From Ruditapes philippinarum (lineage: Eukaryota): a DNA stretch of 64,000 nt. A model generated the notes under the pieces. The model was not told the origin of the DNA, did not search any database, and saw only the letters and a program-made list of their open reading frames with translations. The stretch is taken from assembly GCF_026571515.1 (NCBI RefSeq), contig NW_026854834.1:1-64000 (forward strand), read 5' to 3'. Positions 1-12,939 of the stretch are shown here, in pieces (positions within the stretch are counted from its first letter, which is position 1; the number at the start of each line of letters is the position of its first letter). The position numbers were made by a program, and so were the translations under genes.

Positions 1-1099
1 AAAAAATATACAGTGTTTACAGAGCAAAACTTGTAATGTCGCCATTGACTGTACACATGTATTGAGGCAAAATTCGAAAATTCTGACCAATTTAGAAAAT
101 GTTATGTGTTGCAAACAAACAAGAACGTGATTTAGAACAGTTAGAATTGCACCTATGAAAACATTTTGCGAATGTAACACAACTTCTAATTGGTACAAAA
201 TGACAAATGTATGGAAGCCTTGGAGGGTCACTTTTGAGTTTCGACTTACGGATATTTTACTTTTGACTTTCGACTTTTGATTTGTGACTTACGTCTTATG
301 ACTTTTGGCTAACCCATTTTACACGTGCTTTAGAAGCTGAAAGCAGCAACTTTGGTTTCAGGTATGTTTTTAAACGTTTTAAATAATTTCATTCAGATTT
401 GTCATGGAGGAGAGGATGTGTTAAGGAGGGAGTTTAATGTTATTTGATATAATCCAATAGTGGTAACATATCACAGACTTAAATTCGACAAGTGTGGCTG
501 TGTGTGTAAATATGTTCATTATATTAGTGCTTATACATTTTTTGTCCTCATCACAAAATCTATCCATGAGTAACAAATAAAATAACTGTTTTACAAGTAG
601 ACAGGGAATACAAGTTTTACGTCTTAAAATGGCATGGTGCACAGTATTAAACATGTATCGCAATTCAGCATTTTATTGAGCTAACACGGAATCAGTAAAG
701 AACGGCAAGTGCTATGTTCATACACACACGTACAAAGTTAACTTAAAATTGTAATCGAGCACCATTTGCGTCTAATTTTGTTGTATATTTTAACAATTGA
801 GAAAAGAACATTTTAGAATAAACGTAGATATAGAACCAGTTAGAACAAAATATCTTTCAAGCATTTAAAATATTTTTTCGCACCTATCAATCTTTAAAAA
901 ACGGAGCTAACAGATTTACCCATTTTATATAATATGAATGTATAAAGATTTAGATAAAAGATAAACTCTTATTTCAGACACAACTACTGGACAAAAGGTA
1001 ACGAGGATGAAAGCCTTGATGTTGATCTGTGCCTTCATCATTATGCTGTTCAGCATTACCAAAGCTACCGTGCCAAGATACCTACCCTCAACATCTATA

Positions 1100-2210
1100 A
1101 CAAACAAAACTCTGCTGATAATACAGTACTTTCTGGTACAGCATGGCATTACGACGTCATTTAGTACAATGAATAGACTTTTTAAACGCTTAAATTTCTA
1201 AAACGGCGTAATGGAATATATACTCCTATTGAGACTGTGTCTGATGTTATTAACAGAGAAATACAAACAAATGGACAACGCATAGAATACCGTACAATAT
1301 GGCGTAGGTTAATGCTGGATTACCACATGTACGTCAAGGGAGACGACGTCATGGAAATAATGAAACCGCTTGATCCGGGTGGTATTGAGATGCGGAAAGC
1401 TCATCGCTTATGCCGACGCGTATACTACGCCAAAAGAAACCAGTTTTATATGACATATGGACGGTAAAAAAAACTTAAATTAAACAAGGATTTTATATCC
1501 ATGGTGCTGTGAATGGGTAAAGTAGAAAAATAACATGGTTTAGAGGTCTTGGACTCAAATAACGACTCACACCTTATTGCAAGATACTTTTAAGACACCT
1601 TTAATGAACATTATCAAGTCCCCCCTCACCCATTTACTAGGTTGTTTTGATGTTTTTGGTACGGAAAACTGCATTGCTTTACTATTGCAGCAATACTTCA
1701 GACACGATTCTACAGATCCGATAGTTGGTACTCGAAGCATTGTAGCTGGAAAAAGCACATCTAACCAACGCATTAAAAGTGGTGGTGTACATTACGAGAA
1801 AAAATGGAATCCATTGGTAGATTTTTTTTAAACACTTACGCGATACTTGTGTATTTAATGATCTGGATCCGATACAATGTGAGAACTTAAAATTTTGCTT
1901 CATGGACCTCATACAAACCGAGTTAGACCGGATTGCACATGAAATAAGGCAACAAAAAAGAGTTTCTGTTATTTGTGGTAAACCTGACGCACTGTTTTTT
2001 GTACCAGGTCTGTATGAAACTCCCGACTTCGGCAATGTAGTTAACTTGAGAGACGTATATATTTGCAAAGAACATGTTTTCACGCCCAGGAAGACAATGT
2101 GAGGAATTCATAGAATTAGCACCCCTTCTGAAGCTAGATCTACAGATGCCATTGGACGCTGATTCAGCACTACAGCTGTGTACCGAGTTGAAAAATTTAA
2201 TTTTGAGAAT
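1100..2210 (+). pseudogene. Decayed DDE/integrase-core transposase of the IS3EU-type element
   Basis: Fragments across frames: QYFLVQHGITTSFSTMNRLFKRL*..., EYRTIWRRL...LDPGGIEMRKAHRLCRRVYYAK, *HMDG..KL..GFYIHGAVNG*SRKITW/LEVLDSNND, GTENC...SIVAGKSTSNQRI, FMDLIQTELD..HEIR..CGKPDALFFVP. These match the WHxDG / IHGxxDGxSR / GTEN / NQRIE motifs of this family. There are multiple stops and frameshifts, and the boundaries are approximate. Confidence 0.85.
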
Positions 2211-2819
2211 AGATTTAATATAAATACGCTTTGGATCGACTTATACTGATTTTTTTCGTGTTATTGATAATATACTAGGTTACTATAGGTTAAGTTTCAA
2301 AATATGCTGTTTTAAAATCATAAAGACGATAGTCTACGATTTCACTTCATTATATGGTTGTTTTAAGATATTGGCTTGTAAATATTGAGCAAATTACAAT
2401 ATATTTGTAAATTATCATTTAAGTTATAACCACTCTAATTTGCACTATAAAGCATACTGTAATGAAATTGACAACATTGTTTAGTTGTATACCTAAAGGA
2501 CATCTGTATGCAAAATTTAAGAAAAATTTACGTACGGATTTGGAGTTGTAGGCATTATTATGAGTCAGAACATATACATTAAAAAGTTTTTTAAAAGAAA
2601 TACATGTATTGAAAGTCTAAAAAAATATCCGTGTAATCTCATTTCAAACATGTTTTGCAAAATGTTGTTTGTTTATTATGCAAATAATGGTTTGCAACTC
2701 TTCTATCAAGCCCTGGTAACAAAACGGCTGCCCGACTAGGAATAGCACCTCGTTCTCCCGCGTGACTGGCAGGTTCACTTTCCACTATGCCAAATGTCAC
2801 AGGGGGGGGGGGAGAAAGA

Positions 2820-2880
2820 TATGCAGCCATACCGGGATTCGAACCCGGAACCCCTTACAGGGCTAGCTCTGTCCCGACCG
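2820..2880 (-). mobile_element. tRNA-derived SINE head fragment
   Basis: B-box-like GGGTTCGAATCCCGG on the minus strand. No complete cloverleaf. Confidence 0.4.
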
Positions 2881-5800
2881 TGATTGCACATCATCTACTG
2901 AATATAGATTCGTACCGTGACATATAAGTTATACGTGTAATTTCAAGTATGTGTAATTAGATGCAAATGTTTTATTCATTCGCAACAAATAGCAACCATG
3001 CTTTATAGGGTGTATTATGGTATTTAAAAGGAATATATATGGTTGTTATTTCAAAAATAGTAATTGATCTTTGTATAAATGCTGACTTATTTTCTCGTGT
3101 TTATTTTTTAGGTTTTGCCTTATGACTTTTCACTTATAATTTATCACTTTTTACTTATGACTTTTATCTTTTGACCTATAACTTTTGCCATTTGCTGTTA
3201 CTCTTTGCCTTAGTATAGACATTAGTTTCACTTAATTTTAGATGAATGCAAAATAAGCAAATTTGTGATACAATCACCAAACGCAAGGGAGCACATCAGC
3301 CGAGAGTGGTATTGAAGTCATATGATGTTTACAAGTACATTTAGCCACCAGCCTCATTTTTGCATTAGAATTATTGCATTCATATGTTTTTTTTTATCAC
3401 AGTTGATCGTTTTTACGTGAAGAATCAACATCAATTGTTTATGTGAAATCATATGTATAGAAGTTTTAATTCGGGACATTCATTTATAAGTGTCATCTGC
3501 AGCATTAAGTATTAATAAATAAAGAATTTTCTATTCAGATTAAACAGTTCTTAGCTATTTTCTAGATGTGTAGCTTTATTACAATTTGAAATAGATTATT
3601 TAATTCCTTGTTGAGGTTAGTCACGGTTGATTGGTACGCTAATTTTCCGTGTTGACTATTAAAGAGGGTACAAGCGTTAGGCATTATAATACATTAAAAT
3701 AAAGGAGATATATGTACGAAATATTATGTAGTAGTAGCTTTTTAAGGCTTTGTATTTTGCTACAAGCAGCGGTGGAATATTGATCAATTTTCCAACGTTG
3801 CAAGTAGAAAAATGCATAGCCTCAGAAATCTACTTCAACATAATTTTACTTTTATTATATACCTTTTTGTTTTTAGTAAAATGATTTTCATTAAACTACA
3901 CTTATATGAGAATTTTCAGAAAATAAAAAAATAAATATATGACTGATGGATGAATACGTAATTTATGCAAAACCGGCGACGCCTCTTATTGTTCTGGTTC
4001 CCGTTTCTAAATGCTACGTTAGACACAGCTAAGCCGAAATAAACAGTATTTAAATGTTACAGAGAATTAATTTATCTATGTAGAGATAGTGTTCCATTAA
4101 AATAATATTAAGTAAGAGGTTGAAATGAGCAAAGTAGAAATAGAATAGCAATCACTATAGAAGCAAACTGTGTGGAACCAGCCAGCCCCCTTAACAGAAT
4201 ACCTAAATATACCTCTACCGAGAGACCACACTACCAAAGGTTTTTACCTCACGGTCTTGTCCTTCAATTGACAGGTTGGCAGAGCTATCAATAAATGTTT
4301 GGAATAAATGCGTTTAAACAGATAACAACAAACATTTTTTATTCTACAACCGTGCTTTATTTTGTTTAACACAATTGTTGTCTTATAAGAAAATAAATGT
4401 ATTAAATAGGCAAAACAAACTGAATTTGAGCTTCATTATATTTAATTTAAAAACAGAGATAAGAAATACAGAGGTAAGCATTTTTGTTAAAATAGCACAC
4501 ATGCCTTACTTAAAAGCTAACACTTAGGAACAGCTAAAAATAAACACTGCCATCAACAAAAACATCAAGTATTTACGTCACAGAAGACATATATACATGC
4601 AATATTTCTACAAAACAACACATCGTTGATACGTTACTGATGAAAAACTAAGAAAATCATGAGTGATCTAACGAAGCTTTTGAAAACATAAGATAAATTA
4701 GGTAAACTAGCAACGCTAGAGTGACTGTATTATTATTGAAGTGAAGATTTTTAAAATCATTGTCAAAGCGTTATTTCTTCATTTCTAAATGTTCAAAAGA
4801 GAGATAAAAACAAACACAGTCTCTAGCTAAAAATTTCCTAGTTACTTTTAAGAAACTCTATACATTGTATAATGTATATATTAAATAACGTCCATAAGTT
4901 CGTTTTGTTTTTCGAAGAATAACCGACTTTATATGTAATGGAAATATCATAGTCTTTCGTAATGAGCATACCCCCAACCCACAGCATGTCGAAAAAGGGA
5001 ATGTTTAACTAAGAAGAACGATTAAATGTTATAATCAGAAGTTTTGTTAACAACACAATGCACTCTGTCTCGCCGACATATATATGCCAGTAAATTCAAG
5101 TTGATGCCAGATTTGAGATAATTATGAGTTTAACAAAATCTATGTATGAAAAAAAAAATCAACAACAAATCAACAACAAAGGGGATTTTCTAAAATGTAG
5201 CTACATGTATGATAGCAGAAGTATGTTTCTTTCTGCCACGACATGCAAAGTTTGATTTCGATACCTTTCTTTTAAGTTTGAAAATTTACAAATACTGAAA
5301 AAATTGAAAGCCAGAATTATGAATTCATGATTTTTCACACTTTCTCTGTCTCACCATGACGTGTATACCGATACAAGTTTTGTACCATATTGGATGTATG
5401 GACAGTATAACATAAACGTGGTGGGACGTGACATTGCTTGTTTCCAATAAAGCGTCCACAATAAGCGGTGGGGTTAAAACTTGAAAATTATTGAGCGTCT
5501 GAAACAAGTGTGAAAAAGTAACGCTCTTATTCCAAAAATGTCTGAATATTTCCATAGACAATAACGAAGAAAACCAAATCACTAGTGTTTGGACATGTAC
5601 TACTTCTCACTCGAAACGAACGCTGTTTTGCCATGAAATCTCTTACTCTTCTAAACTGGCTCCAAAAACTTGACAAATATGTATTGCTGGTGCTCTTGCA
5701 ACTGATTTGTAGTTGAAACTATTCGACAGCATGTCCTTAATTCCTACAGGTAGCTTTACTAGAATTTAAACTGAAAACATTAAAAGTATGTGTTATCTCA

Positions 5801-7054
5801 ATTGAAATGAAATACATATAATTATATACAAAATGAAATACAAAAAAATCCCTTAATACATAACTGTATCAAAAGTTTATATACAAATAACATGTATTTT
5901 GTACTTGGTATGTGACCTAAGTTATTGATACTGAACAAGTGAATTAAGTTTCAATATTATATCATAACTGGTTTATGGGACCACATCTAACAAACATTTT
6001 AGCTTTAAAAATGGGCATAAGTATATCAAATTTTGCGCCACTCATACGAAACTTGGTCATTGATCTAAGATGTCAACACTTAAATGTGTTCTAAGTTTCA
6101 AATGAATCGCTACAATAGTGTTTGAGAAACCATTTTTCATGAAAATTCTAAGCCATGAATTCAAAATCGAAAAAGAGGCATAATTTGATAACAATGCAAT
6201 GCAAAAAAAAACAAGCAAAGAGATTTCTAACTTAGAGCGTGTTCTAAACAAGTGTGTGAAGTCTTTGTCAAAATAAGGCCTATAATTTGGTCTATATTCA
6301 ATATTAGATGGACGAAGAATGAACTACGGATGAAAACCGATTGTAACTGCAGCAAACAACAATGCGAGACTGGTTTGGATTTAAAACTGGAACCCATATA
6401 AAAAATAAAGCGTTTGATTCATACGCTGTATGTCAATTTGAGATTATATATCCCTGTTCCGGAAATCAAAATAAAAAATGGATACCCAATGCAATGCAAT
6501 GCAAGCAAAGAATTTTCTTTTCTTAATCAATTTAAAAGGCTTATATAAGAATAACATTCTGTTCTTGCATATGAGCCCACATATTTTTTTTTAAATACGT
6601 CTCCAGGAAACTAAGGTAAATAAACTTACCTCGTCTGAATCGTTGTCATATTCTACCATATTTTCCTTGGAAATTATAATTATGATGGAAAGCACGTGTG
6701 AAATAACAAAATACATAAGTCAAAAATCAAAAGTCATAAATCAAAAGTCATAAATCAAAAGTCATAAGAAAATAGTAAAATAAATTTATAAGTCAAAACT
6801 CAAAAGTGACCCTCCAAGGCTTCCATACAAATGGATTTCCATTGTTATTGTCAGCTTTAAAATGCAAGACTAAAGGACAAAAAAGATACCACCTTAAATA
6901 GTACATGTATTGGGGTTATAAAAACACGTGGTTAATAAATTTTAGACAAATTCAAATTGTTAAATGTGTTTAAACTATTGTTATAGTAAAAATATAAGAA
7001 ATTACTTGAAAACGATGAGGAGTAAAAACAAAGAAGACAAGATAACCATTCAAC

Positions 7055-7060
7055 TTTATT
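7055..7060 (-). terminator. Candidate polyadenylation signal of the calmodulin-like gene
   Basis: AATAAA on the minus strand ~310 nt downstream of the stop codon. The AT-rich context makes chance matches common. Confidence 0.35.
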
Positions 7061-7371
7061 GTCTTCGTCAGAAATAACAATATAAACAACATTTCAAAAA
7101 GTGAATATAAATGATAATGTATGATAAAATAAACAATCTAAATAATGAGGGGGGATGTTAAAGCACTTGTAACAAATCTGATTAAAATATAATTATGTAA
7201 GCTATTCTAATGACGTCACATCGTGTAACGTCAACGTCATTATAATAACGTGAAATAGGATATTTTTTTCTTGAAAAATGACATCCAATTTGAACATGCT
7301 TACGAGTAAAGGGAGCTAACTATGACTATTAACGTAGTTTAAGGTTTACTACAGTTGTCTTTCCATTACTA

Positions 7372-10300
7372 TCATACTTCTTTCATCATAGCTGCAAACT
7401 CTGAAAATGGAATAAAATTACATGTATAATAAGATGACAGGCATGTATACACTACAATAATGTAATATAAGTCTTAAGTTTTCTAACAATGTTACTTTTG
7501 AATGTGAAATAACTACTGAAATATTTGTCATTGTTGGTATAATTTATTCATTTCTATATTGTTAAATCCTTTCTTTAAAGATATATTATGTTCATTCTTG
7601 AGAAAATTTATTTTAATCACTGTAATTAATTGAAATCTGTAAATTGTTACTAAATACACGTATGTCTAATTTGATTAAAAGAATGAATCAACTATGCATA
7701 GGGAGCTGTGTTCCCTTTTAGAGGTCAAGTAAAGCTGGTCTTTTCTTTAAAAAAATGCCAGTTTTTTAAGGCGATATAATTCTTTTCATGACTATCTATA
7801 GTGTGTATAATTTTAAACATAACATATCTATTTATTTTATATTTACAAAGAGGCTGTGTAACAATTTTCAATATTTTCTCATATCAAATTTTAGCATAGT
7901 ATATCTTTAAAAAAAATGGATGAAACGGTGTTTACTTTTAACTTAATTTTCATTTTGTAATAACATGTGTCTTCTTGAAAAAATTTGATTTTTAAGCTCA
8001 CATACCTTGTTAAACCAAACATATATACATGTGTATAACTAAGTAAGGTATAACATTTAGTTAAACAGCTCAATTCATTAAACAACATTTTAATTTGTTT
8101 TATCACAACAACAATTCAGCTGCTCTTTTATTTATTGTCAAAGAAAATGCCAAAATGTAAATAATTTTCTCTGAAATGTAAAATACATTATGTCTACACA
8201 GCAATTTTAAGCTAAATTGGAAACTTAGAAGATGGCATTCCAGGCATTGTATCGTCATGTTGCGCCCAAGCACGAGACAGCGAACTGTCCTAGATAAGCC
8301 ACCGTAGTTTTCAATTGGAAACGTACCTTTAAATGTTAGTTTGCCGTTTCCTTCAGTGTCTGCCATACGAATCATTGAGTTTAGCTCCTCATCTGATATT
8401 TTACAATCTAGTTTGGCAAGAAACTCTCTAAGTTCTGAATGTCCAATCTCACCTGCAATAGAGATGTAATATTTAAATATATTTATATATGAAAAGCGAA
8501 TGAAAAATAAAGGAAATTGTATACTTACATACATGGAAATAACCAACTTTCTTACTAAAGTTAAATACCGATTAAACTAATCTTAAAGTTAAGAAAAACA
8601 GCAATTTTAAACTCCTATCGCTTGCTATGACTAGTTGCAAATGGAGCTGAATTTGTAAGAATGTAGAATGAATGTACGGGTGTACAAGCTGATATAGGCA
8701 GATTAAGGGTTTGGTATAAACTCTGAATTATGATATAATATAAGAACTAGCCTTTGTTGTCTGTGTCCATCATGTTAAATGCCTCCAGGTATTCCCCGTC
8801 CTCTTGTCCTAGTTTTAAGTTCGCCATCAATGTGAGAAACTCGGGAAAATCTATCTGGCCACTCTCTGAAAAGTGAAAATTTAGAAATCATTGGTCGACA
8901 AAGGTAAAACAATTCAATTCACTATTACATCCAGTAAAAACATTTAAAATTCATCGCCAATATAACATATATACAATGGCTGTTAGAAAAAAACATGAAG
9001 TCATATTAATAAGGTCGACAATAACAAAACAAATCAATATTAACATGATTATTTAATGATAATTGACGAAGCCATTATGAGAATCAAAACTGCTTTTTGT
9101 TTATCTATTTATGCAGTTTCCAAAGAAAAAGTATGGAGCACAATTAAGAACATCATAAGAGGTTCATCAATTCTGCTTAAACGTGCTCGTTGTAGAATAT
9201 GGGAATTTCTGCGAGTGTAAAACCTTTCTGTGCTTTGTATGTTGCATGCCCTATACTGTTAGTAGCTCAGTTTTTTGTATTTTGATATTATTTAAATTGA
9301 AGCTGACTATCCCATTTTCAAAGTCGGACGAATCGAATATACAAATTCTGCATGTTGTGAATTAAAGCGGCCTTCAACTTTCTTTAAGGTTAAATATGTT
9401 ATATGAATGCAAATCGTTACATATTATTGTCAAATCAAAAGAATTTATGTATAAAATGAAATTTGTCGTCGATAAAATATATAATTCCTCTCTCTACATG
9501 TATATGTCAACTTATAAAGCGGACGGTTCGTTTTTATATTCTATTTTTAGAAAGGAACGTCATTGCGAGCTATGAATATCTTTTGGGGCGCTGTTTTGAA
9601 GAAGCTTATAAGTGAAGTATATTACTCAAATACTTTGTTTGAAACAGCACAGAATTCTTTTCCAACAAAAAATAAAAGCTGAAGACAGGCCACTTTAAAG
9701 TATCTGAATAAACCTACCATCTTTGTCAAAATGTGCGACAATATCAAGAACATCTCCAATTGGTATTTCTCTCCCCATACTCTTCAACATGTCATTCAGT
9801 TCCCGAACATCTATTGTACCACTGCTATCTTTATCAAACTTCCAAAATGCTTCTTTATATGCTGAAATACGTATAATAGATTTTACAAATTATTAGCTCG
9901 ACTAATCGAGCGTCGGTGTCACACTTAGGTAAGTGTTTGCTTGCATCCTTGTATCTCCATAAGTACTGAAGGCAATGGGTTGAAACTTGACACACTTATT
10001 TGAGAACATAATAAGAGGTCGCTGTTCAAACCCAACGTAGATTTTGACAATATTTTTTTAACTTAGGAAATTTTACATTATCCTTGTTTTACTATCAAGC
10101 ACAGAGAATAGTCAAGCACGCTGTCCTACCGACAGCTCTTGTTTTGTATAATCATTTTGACTTTTTACTAAGTTTTTAGTACATCATTTAACTCTCGAAC
10201 TTGTGGGTTAAGTTATTTTTTGTCAAATACTGAATCTAAAGATAATTGAATTGAAAATGAATACGAACTGTTTTAAACAATTTTATTTACCAGCATTAAC

Positions 10301-12220
10301 AGAAAAATACTTTACAAGATATCCTACATTCAATTACCAAATGAGCTACAAACGTATCATGGTCACATTTTCCTTACTTTACCGGTATCTATATCATGTC
10401 TTCTCCGAGAAATACGCAGGGTTTCTTCTTTGTCGAAAAAAAATGTAAAAATAAAAGAACAAATGTACCAATCCCATCAAAATTACATGCCGAGATACTT
10501 GCTTAATCTTTTAGTGTCGCTAATTCTACACCATACTTTTCCGGAAATGGACTATCGCACGGTGAACATATCAGATATGCGGATTTACTAAATGTTTTTA
10601 TTTAAATATCATCTCAAAAATGTTTAAAACCTCAAGCTGTTCCTAGATATTTTTTCCTGAACGTAGACCGAAAGTTATCTGTTTACCATGCATGGTCTAC
10701 GTTTAGGAAAAATATCTAGGAACGGAGCGAATGTATGTTAACGTGAATAAATTCATCTACGAGATAATTCATTGTGTAGCTATCGATCTTGGGTTCGAGT
10801 CCTACTCGAGTCACGACCATGTTTCATCATATGACACCAGTGATCGAAAGTGATTTCTTTAAGTTCAAGAGCTTGTTTTGCTATCGAGCCAAAATAAAAA
10901 TGTTCAAACTAATTGTTTATCTTACGAGCACGGCTGTTTAAATATTTCTATTTTGAAATATCTGAGTCAATTGTTTTGCAGGGTTTTATGATTAGATATT
11001 GCAGAAATTGACACCTGTTATCTCATTGAAGCCCAGCCCAAAATCTTACCGTGTGATTCAAGGTCGTATATTACATACAGTTATTTATCAAAGCAAGTAT
11101 ACAATTTGATATTTACCTTGAATTTCATGATCCGTTAACTGGTGAATCTGAAATTATCCAAACATGCTTGGAATAATATATTTTAAAATTGTGTAAACAG
11201 ATTTGCATTTACGTTGAAATTAAAGTAAGTAAATATTTCATTATATAAGACATGTATTTATAAATAGCAATGATAAATGATTTAACACTCAATTGTTAAC
11301 TCCAGTCCCCAGATTCCCTGAAAATTATCGCAGGTTTTGTAATGTAGCAGCCTATTGTAACTCCAGTCCCCACCCCATGTCCCCAGGGGAATAGCGGAGG
11401 CTTTGTCGTCTGAAAAATTGAAAACCCCGGTAAAGGTTTGTCTTTTTGGAGAAGTAAGATGATAAAATCAATCACACAAGGTCTGAAATGTCAGCCATTT
11501 TTATGGCGACAATCCAATCTTCCCATCAACTCCGTAATTTCGAGACATAAGGAATACCTGACTTATTTCCATATATATATCCCCAGCACTTTCCGGGGAG
11601 GGTGTTCCGGTTAAATGCAGGTTAAAATTTCTATTCCAGTAGTTACAAACAGAACACATTTAGGTAAACAGGGTTATTTTGGGAGTCTTGATCTACAATT
11701 TGTATTTTACTAAAGTGGATTTTACAAGGTCATTATCTCATGAGACGCTGGGTATGCACGTGCACTTACACGTGCTATAGTCAAAGCATTGAAAATTCAT
11801 TCAAGATACTTATAATCAACTCAAATACTACTTCTGCAATTATGTTTTGTAAGACATTTATCGCCTTCTAGTGCTGACTTTCAGCCTTTTTGCAGTATCC
11901 AAAGAACAAAAATAATAACATACAACGTCTATTTGGCATTGCTATGCCGCTTCCAAAATCTCTTTACATACTTTGCTTCTTAGTGGCGACAGTTATACCA
12001 TTTATAACAATACTTCATACATCTGTTAACTATACTCGTATCATATCAGTTTAACCTAAAACTCTTAATGAAATTATATCAAAGAAATAAAAAGTGTTAC
12101 CTGTTTGTTTGGTGGATATATTTCAGACGGGTCTTTTTGAAATATAACTTCTTGTTTTCTTTTTATCGAAGGCCTACTCCGTCTTTTGGAGGGCGAAAAT
12201 CTTTCCTCCAAATTTGACAT
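7372..12220 (-). CDS. Calmodulin-like four-EF-hand protein, ~187 aa, 6 coding exons
   Basis: Exons (minus): 12220-12101, 11147-11117, 9861-9718, 8865-8752, 8452-8327, 7400-7372, totalling 564 nt with consistent phases. Protein: MSNLEERFSPSKRRSRPSIKRKQEVIFQKDPSEIYPPNKQ|IHQLTDHEIQA|YKEAFWKFDKDSSGTIDVRELNDMLKSMGREIPIGDVLDIVAHFDKDE|SGQIDFPEFLTLMANLKLGQEDGEYLEAFNMMDTDNKG|EIGHSELREFLAKLDCKISDEELNSMIRMADTEGNGKLTFKE|FAAMMKEV*. The 31- and 144-nt exons match canonical calmodulin exon sizes. Exon 1 is the least certain. The intron 4 donor is GC. Confidence 0.9.
9366..9694. mobile_element. TTAA-flanked MITE (Kolobok-like)
   Basis: TTAA|AGCGGCCTTCAAC...GCTGAAGACAGGCCACT|TTAA. It shares termini and the internal 'CAAATCAAAAGAATT' segment with the copy at 25045-25529. 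Confidence 0.6.
9891..10143 (+). mobile_element. Short Helentron-associated non-autonomous element (HINE-like)
   Basis: Starts TTAGCTCGACTA. A subterminal inverted copy (TAGTCAAGC) lies near the 3' end, followed by hairpin GCTGTC..GACAGC and TCTTGTT in a T-rich site. Confidence 0.55.
10639..10723. repeat. ~85-bp imperfect palindrome (mini-MITE)
   Basis: GTTCCTAGATATTTTTTCCTGAACGTAGACC...GGTCTACGTTTAGGAAAAATATCTAGGAAC. Confidence 0.7.
10775..10912 (+). mobile_element. tRNA-derived SINE fragment
   Basis: GGGTTCGAGTCCTACT B-box, then CGACCAT...TCGAAAGTGATTT...AAAATAAA. Homologous to the reverse-strand copies at ~36310-36487 and ~38340-38520. Confidence 0.55.
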
Positions 12221-12637
12221 TTTTAAAATGAATATTACAATATTAAGATACTATGTGTTATCACACCATTTTGATGTATAGAATAACTTGTCAACACGTT
12301 AGAAATATCAGTGGTAATAAATTGGTATATTGATTTCATAAGATAACTGGATATTTTTTCAATGTTATTGGATACCTGTGGTGAAAACTTAACTAAATTG
12401 GTAATGCATTATAGTTATACATGAAAGCGGTTTTAAAATACTTAAAGAAACGACATGTACCCGGCCAAGGTTGAAGAACAAGTATGTACTTTCAATACGA
12501 ATACTCAACGTTGATAACATTTTATGAAACTAACAGCTGCAGTTCTTTGTTTCCCTTCTTGTATTATAGTTTGGAGACCTTTCTGTTGAAAATGTGTCAG
12601 GGTTAAATCGTATACATATACATGCACAGTGCGTTAA

Positions 12638-12935
12638 CTGGAGTGCGGGTATTAGTTACCCGCACTCCAGAGCATGCCCATTGATTGGCTCATTTTTGCT
12701 GGGGTTTACATATTGTGACGACAGAGAAAGGGAAAGCGACAGAAATGTCATATTCAGATGTTCGTTCATTGGTTCATTTTTGCCGGGGTTTCATATTGTG
12801 ACAACAGGGAACGTGCTTTTATGTTTGACTATGATACAAAAGAGAAAGAACACCAACACACTCGGCAATCTGATTAATACTCGGGGGCTACGCCCCCTCG
12901 TACAAATCAGATAGCCTCGTGTTTCGGTGCTCTTT
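12638..12935. repeat. Hairpin/palindrome cluster upstream of the calmodulin-like gene
   Basis: Perfect 14-bp stem CTGGAGTGCGGGTA/TACCCGCACTCCAG (12638-12670). Two ~43-bp direct repeats (ATTGGyTCATTTTTGCyGGGGTTT..ATATTGTGAC). A ~90-bp imperfect palindrome centred on GGGGGCTACGCCCCC (~12843-12935). Confidence 0.7.
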
Positions 12936-12939
12936 CTAT

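Larger units (their letters stand above)
210..6827 (+). mobile_element. IS3EU-type DNA transposon, full-length decayed copy (6.6 kb)
   Basis: Left end TATGGAAGCCTTGGAGGGTCACTTTTGAGTTT (210-241) is the exact reverse complement of the right end (6796-6827). Both arms continue inward as TGACTTTT-type subterminal repeats. The 6-bp direct repeat CAAATG flanks both ends (204-209, 6828-6833). TAT...ATA termini, a 6-bp TSD and an internal integrase-type transposase fit the IS3EU superfamily. Confidence 0.85.

Noticed and set aside
8103-8546. 147-aa stand-alone EF-hand ORF
   Set aside because: Only 8327-8452 is exonic. The rest is intron read-through.
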